DNA of 64,000 bases from Acidimicrobiales bacterium (GCA_052143575.1 JBKQSP010000125.1:3281-67280); one strand, 5' to 3'; positions 47,265-57,352 are shown, counted from the stretch's first letter. A program made the numbers and translations. The notes: a model not told the origin generated them from the letters alone.

Positions 47265-48832
47265 GACTCAAAGCCTCCCGCCCCCGCCGCGGCGGCAAGC
47301 CGTCCGGCGGCGTCAGCGGCCGGCGCGTCGTCCCCGGAGATGCCGGCCATCATCAGACCGATACGCTCCCGACCGGCGCTCGCATCGACGACGCCGATGA
47401 TCCGACCCCGGTACATGACGGCGATGCGGTCGCCGAGGGCGAGCACCTCGTCGAGCTCGGACGAGACGATGAGGACCGCCGTGCCCTGGTCACGCTCGGC
47501 GACGATCCGTTTGTGGACGTACTCGATCGAACCGACGTCGAGGCCACGGGTCGGCTGCGACGCCACGACCAGCTTGACCGGCCTGCCGAGCTCACGCGCC
47601 AGGACGACCTTCTGCTGGTTGCCGCCCGAGAGCGAGGAGACCGGATCCTCGACCGAACCGGCGCGGATGTCGAACTCCTGCACGCGCCGTTCCGCGTTCT
47701 CCTTCACGACGCCGAGATTCCGGGAAGCCCGACCGGCGTACGGGGGATCTCCGTACATGTCGAGCACGAGGTTGTCCGCCAGGTCCATCGCGAGCACGAG
47801 GGCGTCCTTCTGGCGGTCCTCCGGCACGTGCGCCACGCCGGCGTGGAGGCGCTGACGAGGCGTGGCGTGGGTCAGATCCTCACCGTCGACGACGACGCTG
47901 CCGCGCAGTGTGGGCCGCAGCCCCGTGATCGCCTCCACGAGCTCTGTCTGGCCGTTCCCCTGCACGCCGGCCAGGGCCACGATCTCGCCGGCGCGCACCT
48001 CCAGGTCGACGCCGTCGACGGCGACCAGATCGCGGTCGTCAGTGACGGTGAGATCTCTCAGCTGGAGCACGACGTCCCCGGGAGCGGCCGGGCCCTTCGT
48101 CACCGTGAGCAGGACGGACCGACCGACCATCATCGATGCCAGCTCCTGCTCGCTCGACTCGGCGGGCGTCGTCGTGCCGACGACCTTTCCCAGCCGCATC
48201 ACCGTCACCCGGTCGGCGATCTCCCGCACCTCCTTGAGCTTGTGACTGATGAACAGGATCGAGCGCCCACTGGCTGCGAGCGAGCGCATGATGCGGAAGA
48301 GAGCCTCCGTCTCCTGCGGCGTCAGCACGGACGTCGGCTCGTCGAGGATGAGCACGTTGGCGTTGCGCTCGAGGGCCTTCAGGATCTCGACGCGTTGCTG
48401 GACACCAACCGGGATGTCCTCGACGACGGCGTCCGGGTCCACCTCGAGGCCGTACTCCATCGACAGGCGGCGGATGTCGGCGGCGGCATTCTTGCGGTCG
48501 TAGAAGATCTTGCCCTTCGTTGGCTCGAACCCGAGCACGACGTTCTCGGCCACGGTGAACACGGGAACCAGCATGAAGTGCTGGTGGACCATGCCGATCC
48601 CGGCGCGCACGGCGTCACCCGGGTCGGCGATCCTGACCGGCTCGCCGCCGATGCGGATCTCCCCGCTGTCCGGCCGCAACATGCCGAAGAGGACGTTCAT
48701 GAGCGTCGACTTGCCGGCGCCGTTCTCGCCGAGGAGGCCGTGGATCTCGCCTTCTTCGACGGTCAGGCTCACCCGGTCGTTCGCGACGAGCTGGCCGAAG
48801 CGCTTGGTGATGTCGATGAGTTCGAGCTTCAT
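47261..48832 (-). CDS. ABC transporter ATP-binding protein, duplicated ATPase
   Basis: Walker A GENGAGKSTL and GVQGNGQTEL. Signature LSGGNQQKVVLAREL. Confidence 0.9.
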   Translation of the reverse strand: MKLELIDITKRFGQLVANDRVSLTVEEGEIHGLLGENGAGKSTLMNVLFGMLRPDSGEIRIGGEPVRIADPGDAVRAGIGMVHQHFMLVPVFTVAENVVLGFEPTKGKIFYDRKNAAADIRRLSMEYGLEVDPDAVVEDIPVGVQQRVEILKALERNANVLILDEPTSVLTPQETEALFRIMRSLAASGRSILFISHKLKEVREIADRVTVMRLGKVVGTTTPAESSEQELASMMVGRSVLLTVTKGPAAPGDVVLQLRDLTVTDDRDLVAVDGVDLEVRAGEIVALAGVQGNGQTELVEAITGLRPTLRGSVVVDGEDLTHATPRQRLHAGVAHVPEDRQKDALVLAMDLADNLVLDMYGDPPYAGRASRNLGVVKENAERRVQEFDIRAGSVEDPVSSLSGGNQQKVVLARELGRPVKLVVASQPTRGLDVGSIEYVHKRIVAERDQGTAVLIVSSELDEVLALGDRIAVMYRGRIIGVVDASAGRERIGLMMAGISGDDAPAADAAGRLAAAAGAGGFES

Positions 48833-48856
48833 CGGGCGCCTCCTGGCCTTACATGA

Positions 48857-48946
48857 GGAACCGGGCCGGTCGCCGACCGGCCCGGTTCCGTTACGTCACC
48901 AGAGCCATACCGGACCCGCCTGGGCCTTGGGCGGGCGGGTCCGGTA
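48857..48946 (-). terminator. two strong stem-loops between the binding-protein gene and the ATPase gene (partial terminator or mRNA stabiliser)
   Basis: GGAACCGGGCCGGT-cgccg-ACCGGCCCGGTTCC at 48857-48889 is a 14-bp perfect stem. TACCGGACCCGCC-N13-GGCGGGTCCGGTA at 48908-48946 is a 13-bp perfect stem. Confidence 0.45.
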
Positions 48947-48974
48947 CCGGATGTGCATCAGCCGAGGTGGTTCG

Positions 48975-50234
48975 TCACCCCGAGCAGACGGAGGAGGCAG
49001 ACGAGGCGGGCGTGGCCGCCGCGGCCGGGTAGCTGCACGGATTCACCGAGATGGTGCCGCTCTCGATGCCCGACTTGATGGTGCTGAGCTCGGACACCAC
49101 GCTCGCCGGGATCTTGCTGGAGAAGTCGTGGTACGGGGCCAGGGTGACGCCGCCGTTGGCGAGGGTGCCCGTGTAGAAACCGCCCTTGAAGGTGCCGTGG
49201 ACGGCGGCCAGAACGGCGGTCTCGACCGACGGCGCGATGCCCTTCTCGACGCTCGTGATGAAGTACGAGCAGGCGCTCGGGTCCGAGACGCAGCCGTCGG
49301 TGTCGACCCACTCCATCTCGACCGAGCCGGCGCTGCTGGCGTCAGCCGACTGGATGGCAGCCACGGCGCCGAGGCCGACACCGCCAGCCACCGAGAAGAT
49401 CACGCTGGCGCCCTCGCCGATGAGGGTCTGGGTGTCGGTCTTGCCGAGGCCGTCGTCGGTGAAGTTGTTGGTGAACAGCCCACTGCCGCTGTAGTTGTTG
49501 GCGGTCCGGCCCTTGGAGGTCGGATACCAGCCGTACACCTTCACCGACTTGTTGTTCAGCTGGTCGTAGTAGCGCACACCCGCCACCCAGCCGTCCATGT
49601 AGATGGTGACGGTCGGGATGTTCATGCCACCGAACTCGCCCACGGCGCCGCCTGGCGCAATCGAGTTCGACTTTGCCTCGGCGGCGGCGAGGTAGCCGCC
49701 GAGGAAGGCGTCCTCGTTCGTCTCGTAGGCGAGGTTGTCGATGTTCGACAGCGTCGTCTCGGAGGTGCTGGTGCCGGGGCAGCCCTGTGCGGTTCCGCCC
49801 GGGCAGTCGACGATGGCGAAGTCCAGGCTCGGGTGCGCCTTGGCGGCGGTCTGGGTGGCGGTGGCCATGTCGAAGCCGACGGTGATGATGATTCCGCAGT
49901 GCTCACTGATGAAGTCGTCGATGTTGGGCGTGTAGTCGCTCGTCGAGGACGACGAGAGGAACTTGGGCATGATGTTCGCGTCGACCTTGACCGCGTCCAG
50001 CAGCCCCTGGTAGGCGGAGGCGTTGAACGAGCGGTCGTTGATGCCACCGGTGTCGGTCACCTCACAGGCGAGGAACTTCGCCCCGCTGGCAGCCGTCGTC
50101 GTCGTGGATCCTCCGGCGGCGGAGGTCGTGGTCGTGGTCGAGGAGCTCGATCCACAGGCCGCCAGCGCGCCGGCCGCCAGGAGGGTGACGGCCACCTTGG
50201 TCACGGTGTTCCGGAGATTCCGGCTTCGTCTCAT
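48975..50234 (-). CDS. BMP-family (PnrA/Med-like) ABC substrate-binding lipoprotein
   Basis: Lipobox LLAAGALAAC. Ser/Thr linker. GGINDRSFN, VGFDMA. Sits with the nucleoside-type ABC genes. Confidence 0.9.
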   Translation of the reverse strand: MRRSRNLRNTVTKVAVTLLAAGALAACGSSSSTTTTTSAAGGSTTTTAASGAKFLACEVTDTGGINDRSFNASAYQGLLDAVKVDANIMPKFLSSSSTSDYTPNIDDFISEHCGIIITVGFDMATATQTAAKAHPSLDFAIVDCPGGTAQGCPGTSTSETTLSNIDNLAYETNEDAFLGGYLAAAEAKSNSIAPGGAVGEFGGMNIPTVTIYMDGWVAGVRYYDQLNNKSVKVYGWYPTSKGRTANNYSGSGLFTNNFTDDGLGKTDTQTLIGEGASVIFSVAGGVGLGAVAAIQSADASSAGSVEMEWVDTDGCVSDPSACSYFITSVEKGIAPSVETAVLAAVHGTFKGGFYTGTLANGGVTLAPYHDFSSKIPASVVSELSTIKSGIESGTISVNPCSYPAAAATPASSASSVCSG

Positions 50235-50420
50235 TGCAGCTTTGCCCCTTTGCGTCGCGACGTGAGTCGATCGGATGAACCGGAGAATCGGCTCACGTGC
50301 CCCCTCGGCCGCCGGGACGATCCCCTCTCGCCACCGTAGCCGGTTCGCAATATGCCGCGCAGGTCCTTCGCACGCTGGTGCGGCGATTCGGCTGATCGGC
50401 CTCCGCCGGCCGGCAGAGAC

Positions 50421-51290
50421 TCAGGTCCCTGCCGGATGCCAAACGGTCTTCACCTCGACGAAGGCGCTCATGCGCTTCGTGGAGGCCGGCTTCTCCCAGT
50501 CCTCCTCGAGGCTCAGCAGCCGCTTCAGGTTGCCGGCGGCGAGCGTCTCGAGCTCGGCCCTGGCGGCCGCCTCGGCGCCTGTGACGTCGATGGCGTTGAC
50601 GTCCATGTGGCCGGCGAGGACGGGCGCCAGCTCCGCCGTCGCACCGGTCAGCACGTTGAGCACGCCGGCGGGAACGTCCGAGGTGGCGACCACCTCGGCG
50701 AGGGTGACGGCCGGCAACGGCCGCTCGTGGCTCGCCACGACGACGGCGGTATTCCCCGTCACGATGACGGGGGCGACGACGCTGACAAAGCCGAGAAGGC
50801 TCGAGAGCTGCGGAGCGAGCACGGCCACCACACCGGTTGGCTCCGGCAGGCTGAAGTTGAAGTAGGGGCCGGCGACCGGGTTGGCCGCTCCGGCGACCTG
50901 GGCGTACTTGTCCGACCAACCGGCGTACCAGACCCATCGGTCGACAGCGGCCGCGACGGCCCGCCGTGCCCGAGCCACCGAGAGGCCCTCTGCGGCAGCG
51001 ACCTCGGCAACGAACTGCGCCGCCCGACCCTCCATCATCTCGGCGACGCGGTACATGACCTGACCCCGGTTGAAGGCGTCGACGCCCGACCAGGCCGCCA
51101 CGGCGCCGCGGGCGGCGACGACGGCGTCCCGGACATCCTTGCGGGAGGCCTGGGCGGCGTTGGCGAGGAAGCTCCCGTCGGATGCAGTGACCTCGTAGGA
51201 GCGTCCGGACTCCGAGCGTGGGAAGACGCCGCCGATGAACAGCTTGTAGGTCTTGTGAATCTCGAGGCGGTCGAGGGCGCCCTCAGGCAT
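50421..51290 (-). CDS. short aldehyde-dehydrogenase-like protein (289 aa) lacking the catalytic domain motifs
   Basis: N-terminus YKLFIGGVFPRSESGRSYEV...ASRKDVRDAVVAARGA aligns to the ALDH N-terminal and cofactor domain. No ELGGK motif and no catalytic Cys motif. Its start overlaps the upstream ALDH stop by 8 nt. Confidence 0.75.
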   Translation of the reverse strand: MPEGALDRLEIHKTYKLFIGGVFPRSESGRSYEVTASDGSFLANAAQASRKDVRDAVVAARGAVAAWSGVDAFNRGQVMYRVAEMMEGRAAQFVAEVAAAEGLSVARARRAVAAAVDRWVWYAGWSDKYAQVAGAANPVAGPYFNFSLPEPTGVVAVLAPQLSSLLGFVSVVAPVIVTGNTAVVVASHERPLPAVTLAEVVATSDVPAGVLNVLTGATAELAPVLAGHMDVNAIDVTGAEAAARAELETLAAGNLKRLLSLEEDWEKPASTKRMSAFVEVKTVWHPAGT

Positions 51291-52719
51291 CGACGTACGC
51301 CTCGAGGCCGTGGCGACCACCCTCGCGGCCGAAGCCCGACTCCTTGTAGCCGCCGAATGGGCTCGCCGGGTCGAAACGGTTGAACGTGTTGGCCCACACG
51401 ACGCCGGCCCGCAACCGTTGCGCCATCCAGAGGATGCGGCTCCCCTTCTCCGTCCAGATTCCGGCCGAGAGCCCGTACGGGGTGTTGTTCGCCTTCGCCA
51501 CCGCCTCGTCCGGCGTCCGGAACGACAGCACGGACAGGACCGGACCGAAGATCTCCTCACGGGCGATGCGGTGCGACTGGCTGACACCGGTGAAGATCGT
51601 GGGAGGGAACCAGTAGCCCTGCGCGGGCAGATCGCAGGCGGGGGACCAGCGTTCGGCCCCCTCGGCGTCGCCCGAGGCGGCGAGCGCCTCGATGCGCTCC
51701 AGCTGGACGGAGGAGTTGATCGCCCCGATATCGGTGTTCTTGTCGAGCGGATCGCCCAGCCGCAGCGTCTCGAGCCGCTTCTTCAGACGGTCCACCACGA
51801 GCTCGAGAACCGATTCCTGCACGAGCAGGCGCGAGCCGGCGCAACACACCTCGCCCTGGTTGAAGAAGATGCCGTTGACGACTCCCTCCACCGCCTGCTC
51901 GACGGGTGCGTCGTCGAAGATGATGTTGGCGGCCTTGCCGCCGAGCTCGAGGGTGAGACGGCGCCCGCTGCCGGCGAGCAGGCGCACGATCTCCTTGCCC
52001 ACCTCGGTCGACCCCGTGAAGGCCACCTTGTCGAGACCGGCATGCGCCACGAGGGCGGCGCCGGTGTCGCCGGCGCCCGTCACGACGTTGACGACGCCGG
52101 GCGGCAGCTCGGCCTGCTGGCACACCTCGGCCAGCAGCAGGGCGGTGAGCGGCGTCGTCTCTGCCGGCTTCAGCACGCAGGTGTTGCCCGTGGCGAGGGC
52201 GGGTGCGAGCTTCCATGCGGCCATGAGAAGGGGGAAGTTCCACGGGATGATCTGGCCGGCGACGCCGAGAGGCCTCGGCGAATGGCCGAGACCGGCATAC
52301 TCGAGCTTGTCGGCCCAGCCGGCGTGGTGGAAGAAGTGCGCCGCCGCCAAGGGGATGTCGACGTCGCGGGACTCCCGGATGGGCTTGCCGTTGTCGAGCG
52401 TCTCGAGCACGGCGAACTCCCGCGAGCGCTCCTGCAGGAGGCGGGCGATCCGGTAGAGGTACTTCGCCCGCTCGCGGCCGGGCATCTTGCCCCACGGCCC
52501 GTCGAAGGCGGCGCGGGCAGCGCCGACGGCACGGTCGACATCAGCGGCGCCCGCTTCGCTCACCTGGCTGAGCGGCTCCTCGGTGGCGGGGTTGAGCGTC
52601 GGGAAGAAAGCCCCCTTGGCGCTGTCCACGAACTCGCCGCCGATGAACAAGCCGTAGGACGGGGCGATCCGCACGACCTCACGCGACTCGGGCGCTGCGG
52701 CGTACTCGAAGGTCGTCAC
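51283..52719 (-). CDS. NAD(P)-dependent aldehyde dehydrogenase
   Basis: GLFIGGEFV, IIPWNFPLLMAAWKLAPALATGN, LELGGKAANIIF, NQGEVCCAGSRL. GTG start shares 1 nt with the deoC stop. Confidence 0.9.
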   Translation of the reverse strand: MTTFEYAAAPESREVVRIAPSYGLFIGGEFVDSAKGAFFPTLNPATEEPLSQVSEAGAADVDRAVGAARAAFDGPWGKMPGRERAKYLYRIARLLQERSREFAVLETLDNGKPIRESRDVDIPLAAAHFFHHAGWADKLEYAGLGHSPRPLGVAGQIIPWNFPLLMAAWKLAPALATGNTCVLKPAETTPLTALLLAEVCQQAELPPGVVNVVTGAGDTGAALVAHAGLDKVAFTGSTEVGKEIVRLLAGSGRRLTLELGGKAANIIFDDAPVEQAVEGVVNGIFFNQGEVCCAGSRLLVQESVLELVVDRLKKRLETLRLGDPLDKNTDIGAINSSVQLERIEALAASGDAEGAERWSPACDLPAQGYWFPPTIFTGVSQSHRIAREEIFGPVLSVLSFRTPDEAVAKANNTPYGLSAGIWTEKGSRILWMAQRLRAGVVWANTFNRFDPASPFGGYKESGFGREGGRHGLEAYVDA

Positions 52720-53693
52720 TAGTCCACCGTGAAGTAGTCGGGACCGGCATAGAGGCCGGTGAGCTGCTTTTGGCGCTGCATCAAGAGATCGTTCAACAGC
52801 GAGGAGGCACCGATGCGGAACAACGCCGGTCGCAACCAGTCCTCGCCGGTCGTCTCCCGCACGAGCACGAGGTAGCGGATGGCGTCCTTCGAGGTACGGA
52901 TGCCCCCGGCGACCTTGACACCGACGCGGCGACCGGTCGCCGCCGCGAAGTCGCGCACGGCCGCCAGCATGACGAGGGCGACGGCGGGCGTAGACGCAGG
53001 GTTCACCTTGCCCGTCGAGGTCTTCACGAAGTCTGCGCCCGCCAGCATCGCCAACCAGGCGGCTCGCGAGACGTTGTCGAGCGTGACGAGCTCGCCCGTC
53101 TCGAGGATGACCTTGAGATGGGCCGCCCCGCACGCCTCCCGTACGGCGCGGATCTCCTCGTAGACCTGGCCGAAACGGCCGGCCAGGAAGGCGCCGCGAT
53201 CGATGACCATGTCGATCTCGTCCGCACCGGCGGCGACGGCCTCGGCCACGTCGGCCAGCTTGACGGCAAGGGAGGCACGGCCGGATGGGAACGCCGTCGC
53301 CACGGCGGCGACGGCGACGTCGCTGCCGGTCAGCTCGGCGCGAGCGACGGCCACGAGGTCTGGGTAGAGGCAGACGGCGGCCACGCTCGGCACGGACGGG
53401 TCGCTCGGATCGGGCCGGCGCGCCTTGGCGCAGAGGGTGCGCACCTTTCCCGGGGTGTCGGCCCCCTCCAGGGTCGTGAGATCGATCATCCCTATGGCGG
53501 TGTCGAGAGCCCAGAGCTTTGCCTGCCGTTTGATGGACCGCGTGGCCAGCATGGCAGCGCGTGCCTGCACGCCCACCTGGTCGACGCCGGGAAGCCCCTG
53601 CAGGACCTGGCGCAGGGCGACGTCCGATGTCGCCAGCTCGCCGCCCCACGGGCGCCCGAGCGACTTGGCCGGCACGGCTGACTCCAGATCCAC
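52719..53693 (-). CDS. deoC: deoxyribose-phosphate aldolase (long actinobacterial form)
   Basis: IDLTTLEG...VAAVCLYP...DEIDMVI...LKVILETGEL...FVKTSTGK (Schiff-base Lys). Start is assigned to GTG 53693 (VDLESAV). Confidence 0.88.
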   Translation of the reverse strand: MDLESAVPAKSLGRPWGGELATSDVALRQVLQGLPGVDQVGVQARAAMLATRSIKRQAKLWALDTAIGMIDLTTLEGADTPGKVRTLCAKARRPDPSDPSVPSVAAVCLYPDLVAVARAELTGSDVAVAAVATAFPSGRASLAVKLADVAEAVAAGADEIDMVIDRGAFLAGRFGQVYEEIRAVREACGAAHLKVILETGELVTLDNVSRAAWLAMLAGADFVKTSTGKVNPASTPAVALVMLAAVRDFAAATGRRVGVKVAGGIRTSKDAIRYLVLVRETTGEDWLRPALFRIGASSLLNDLLMQRQKQLTGLYAGPDYFTVD

Positions 53694-53757
53694 GAGAGGG
53701 ACGGTAGTACCCGGCCGTCTCGAAGGCGCCCTCGCCACGACCGGTGCCACGCCGGCC

Positions 53758-54840
53758 TCAGAGGGATGGCTGCGGGCGCGCCCGGGCGGCAAAGGCGGGC
53801 TTGATGACGCCGTTGATGAGATGGAGGCGTTCGTCGAAATGAGCAAAGGCGCTCTTCATGGCATTGAGGGTCAGCCACTCGATGTCGCGCCAGCCGTATC
53901 CGAAGGCCTCCGCCACCGTCAGCAGCTCGGAGGACAGGCTCACCCCGCTCATGAGGCGGTTGTCGGTGTTGACGGTGACACGGAACTGCAGCTGGCGGAG
54001 GAGGCCGATGGGATGGTCGGCGATGGAGGTCGCAGCACCCGTCTGCACGTTCGAAGACGGGCACATCTCGAGCGGGATGCGCCGGTCGCGCACGTAGGCG
54101 GAGAGGCGGCCGAGCCTGGCGGCTCCATCGGCCTCAACCTCGATGTCGTCCACGATCCGGACGCCGTGGCCGAGCCGGTCGGCGCCGCAGCGCTGCAGGG
54201 CCTCCCAGATCGACGGCAACCCGAAGGCCTCGCCGGCGTGAATCGTGATGTGAAAGTTCTGCCGCTGCACGTACTGAAACGCCTCGAGGTGATCGGTCGG
54301 CGGGCTGCCGGCCTCAGCCCCCGCGATGTCGAAGCCCACGACGCCGTCGTCGCGGTGGCGCACGGCGAGCTCGGCGATCTCGAGGGAGCGGGCGGCCGTC
54401 CGCATGGCGGTGAGCAAGGCGCGCACGTCGGTGCCGGCGGCGGCGCCGCCCTGGCGGAAGCCCTCCAGCACGGCGCCGACGACCTCGTCGAGTGAGAGCC
54501 CCTGGGCGACATGGAGCTCGGGCGCAAAGCGAACCTCGGCATAGACGATGCCGTCGGCGGCGAGGTCGTGGGCGCATTCGGCCGCCACTCGGGTGAGCGC
54601 CTCCGGTGTCTGCATGACCGCCACGGTGTGCTCGAAGGTCTCGAGGTACCGCACGAGGTCGCGCTGGTCTGCGCCGCTCCTGAACCACCGCGTGAGGTCG
54701 TCGACGTCGGTCGTCGGGAGGCCCCCGTATCCGACTTCGGCGGCGAGCTCCACGATGGTCGCCGGGCGAAGGCCGCCGTCGAGGTGGTCGTGCAGGAGCA
54801 CCTTGGGGATCGCTCGGATCTCCTCGAGCGTCATGGTCAT
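53758..54840 (-). CDS. add: adenosine deaminase
   Basis: [53 protein letters not shown] overlap with deoA. Confidence 0.9.
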   Translation of the reverse strand: MTMTLEEIRAIPKVLLHDHLDGGLRPATIVELAAEVGYGGLPTTDVDDLTRWFRSGADQRDLVRYLETFEHTVAVMQTPEALTRVAAECAHDLAADGIVYAEVRFAPELHVAQGLSLDEVVGAVLEGFRQGGAAAGTDVRALLTAMRTAARSLEIAELAVRHRDDGVVGFDIAGAEAGSPPTDHLEAFQYVQRQNFHITIHAGEAFGLPSIWEALQRCGADRLGHGVRIVDDIEVEADGAARLGRLSAYVRDRRIPLEMCPSSNVQTGAATSIADHPIGLLRQLQFRVTVNTDNRLMSGVSLSSELLTVAEAFGYGWRDIEWLTLNAMKSAFAHFDERLHLINGVIKPAFAARARPQPSL

Positions 54841-56135
54841 GAGGCGACCGCCCGCTGCCGGATGATCTCGATGACCGGCGCCGCCCGCTCGGGGAGCTCC
54901 GGCCCGACGTCGATGGCCCCGGCGAGCGCCTGGCGGGCGCGGGCGAAGCGCCCGGGCTCGTCGGAGTGCAGCTCGAGGACGGGGGCGCCCTCCTCGACGG
55001 CGTCTCCCGGCTTGGCGAGGCACACGACGCCGGCGGTGGCGCTGACGGCGTCCTCTTTGTTGGCGCGCCCGGCGCCCAGGCGCCAGGCGGCCACTCCGAC
55101 GGAGCGGGCGTCGAGGCGAACGAGCCGGCCCGTCGACGGCGCCGCCACGACCTCGACGTGCGCTGCTCGCGGGAGCGGCGCCGTCGGGTCGCCGTGCTGT
55201 GCTCTCACCATGGCCTCGAAACGCTCGAGGGCGCGTCCGTCCGAGAGCGCCGCCGCAGGATCGGCTTCGACGCCGGCGAGCTCGAGCATCTCTCTCGCCA
55301 GCGCCAGGGTCACCTCGACGAGGTCGGCCGGACCGCCACCCGACAGCATCTCGAGGCACTCTGCCACCTCGAGGGCGTTGCCGACGGCACGCCCGAGCGG
55401 CTCGTCCATGCGAGTGAGCACGGCCGACGTGCGCACCCCGTAGTCGCCGCCGAGGGTGACCATCGTCTCGGCGAGGGTGCGAGCGGCGTCCAGCTCCCTC
55501 ATGAAGGCGCCGCTGCCGACCTTGACGTCGAGCACGAGGGCCGAGGTGCCCTCGGCGATCTTCTTCGACATGATGGAGCTGGCGATGAGCGGGATCGACT
55601 CCACGGTCCCGGTGACGTCGCGCAGGGCGTAGAGCCGGCGGTCGGCCGGCGCCAGGCCCGGACCGGCGGCGGCGATGACGCAGCCCACCTCTGTGAGGAC
55701 CGAGATCATCTCGGACGGGCTCAGATCGGAGCGGAAGCCGGCGATCGACTCGAGCTTGTCGAGCGTTCCTCCCGTGTGGCCGAGGCCGCGACCGGACAGC
55801 TGGGGGACGGCCGCCCCGCAGCTCGCCACGAGGGGAGCGAGCACGAGCGAGACCTTGTCGCCCACGCCGCCGGTCGAGTGCTTATCGACCGTCGGCCAGG
55901 GAACGGCGCCGAGGTCGAGCCGGGTGCCCGACTCGATCATGGCACCCATGAGGGCGCGCAGCTCTCCGCCGTCGAGGCCGCGAAAGAAGATGGCCATCAA
56001 GAGGGCCGACATCTGCTCGTCCGGCACCTCCCCGGCCGTGTAGGCAGCGATGAGCCAGGCGATGGCGTCCTCGCCCAAGCGGCCGCCGTCCCGTTTCGCC
56101 CGGATGAGGTCGACGACGTCAGGTGGCGGCGTCAC
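54837..56135 (-). CDS. deoA: thymidine/pyrimidine-nucleoside phosphorylase
   Basis: [48 protein letters not shown]. Confidence 0.9.
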   Translation of the reverse strand: MTPPPDVVDLIRAKRDGGRLGEDAIAWLIAAYTAGEVPDEQMSALLMAIFFRGLDGGELRALMGAMIESGTRLDLGAVPWPTVDKHSTGGVGDKVSLVLAPLVASCGAAVPQLSGRGLGHTGGTLDKLESIAGFRSDLSPSEMISVLTEVGCVIAAAGPGLAPADRRLYALRDVTGTVESIPLIASSIMSKKIAEGTSALVLDVKVGSGAFMRELDAARTLAETMVTLGGDYGVRTSAVLTRMDEPLGRAVGNALEVAECLEMLSGGGPADLVEVTLALAREMLELAGVEADPAAALSDGRALERFEAMVRAQHGDPTAPLPRAAHVEVVAAPSTGRLVRLDARSVGVAAWRLGAGRANKEDAVSATAGVVCLAKPGDAVEEGAPVLELHSDEPGRFARARQALAGAIDVGPELPERAAPVIEIIRQRAVAS

Positions 56136-56526
56136 GGCGCCCCTCGAGGTCGTCGTTCGTGAAGGCCGCCGGCAGCAGCTCCGCCATGGTCGTGACGCCG
56201 CTGCCGGTGTCGACGAGGAGGCGAGGACCGCCCGCTTCCAGCAGCAGCTGGCGGCAGCGTCCGCACGGGAGGAGCGGCTCGCCGTCAGCGGCGACGATGC
56301 TGACGGCCTCGAAGGAGCCGCCGCCGCTCGCGTGCAGGGCCGACACGAGGCCGCACTCGGCGCACAAGGTGAGCCCGTAGGAGGCGTTCTCGACGTTGCA
56401 GGCGCTGAGGAGACGGCCGTCGCTCGTCACGCCGGCCGCCCCGACCGAGAGCCGTGAGTAGGGGGCATAAGCGTGGGCAGCCGCTGCCGTGGCGGCCACT
56501 CGCAAACCGGACCAATCGATCGCCAC
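56119..56526 (-). CDS. cdd: cytidine deaminase
   Basis: APYSRLSVGAA, CAECGLV, PCGRCRQLL zinc motifs. GTG start after AAGGAGG. 17-nt overlap with deoA. Confidence 0.9.
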   Translation of the reverse strand: MAIDWSGLRVAATAAAAHAYAPYSRLSVGAAGVTSDGRLLSACNVENASYGLTLCAECGLVSALHASGGGSFEAVSIVAADGEPLLPCGRCRQLLLEAGGPRLLVDTGSGVTTMAELLPAAFTNDDLEGRRDAAT

Positions 56527-56554
56527 GCCCCGCCACCTCCTTGTGCCGGATCGA

Positions 56555-56567
56555 GGGCACGGTGCCC
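56555..56567. promoter_or_regulatory. palindrome GGGCAC-g-GTGCCC upstream of cdd (candidate operator of the nucleoside operon)
   Basis: Perfect 6-bp arms, 29-41 nt upstream of the cdd start codon. Confidence 0.3.
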
Positions 56568-56601
56568 ATGTGCGGAAGCGGACGCAGATTAGTCGCTCGC
56601 C

Positions 56602-57352
56602 TCAATCGACGACGCCGACGATGGCGGCCACGGAGGCCACAGCGGCCGCCAGCTCCGCCGCCCGGCAGCCGGGGTTGGCGAGCACTCCGTGGCAGGCGCC
56701 GAGGCCCGCCCGGTCGACGATGCCCTTCTCGTTGAGCGCCCATTCGCTTCGCTCTGCGAGTCGAGCCTGCGCCTCGCTGACGGCCGCCACCGTGAGGTTG
56801 GCGACGGTCAGCGTGACGTCGTCACGGGAGGCATGTGCCCGCGCCGTTCGCACGGCCATCTTGGAGAGCTGGCGCCAACGCGACGGGGCGCTGGCGGCGA
56901 GGGCGGCAGGAAAGGCGGGAGGCGGCAGCGAGCCCACGAGCTGCCGCCCGATCGTCAGCTCACCCACGACCACGTAGGAGGGGATGCCGCCGACGAAGCC
57001 GGCGAGAGCGTGGATGTCGAAACGGCCCTGCTCGGTCTCCGCCACGCAGGTGAGGACCTCGTCCAGATCGCGGTAGCAGAGGTCGACGCGCTGGCCTTCC
57101 ACACTGAGCCAGGCACCGCCGTTCACGACCGGTCCCCAGCCGCCCGGGGCCGTCACCTCACCGGGCCAGCCGAGGGCCTTGACGTCGTCAGGATCGATGC
57201 GGCCTCGGTAGTAGAGCCCGAACCCAGTCGGAGTCGGCGCTGGCGTCTCCTCTGGCCCGGGATCCGCCGAGTGTGACCGCCTCGACACCGGGTATCTGTG
57301 CGAGCCGCTCGGCCAGGTGCTCCACGCCGAGCCAACGTAGCCGGAGGCCCAC
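56602..57352 (-). pseudogene. nucleotidyltransferase-domain protein (DUF4037-like family) split by a frameshift near 57223
   Basis: The N-terminal part VEHLAERLAQIPGVEAVTLGGSRARGDASADSDW is in one frame and stops at 57188-57190. The continuation GFGLYYRGRIDPDDV...WGPVVNGGAWLSVEGQRVDLCYRDL... is in another frame running to 56602. The junction reads tgg-g-ttc. Confidence 0.6.
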
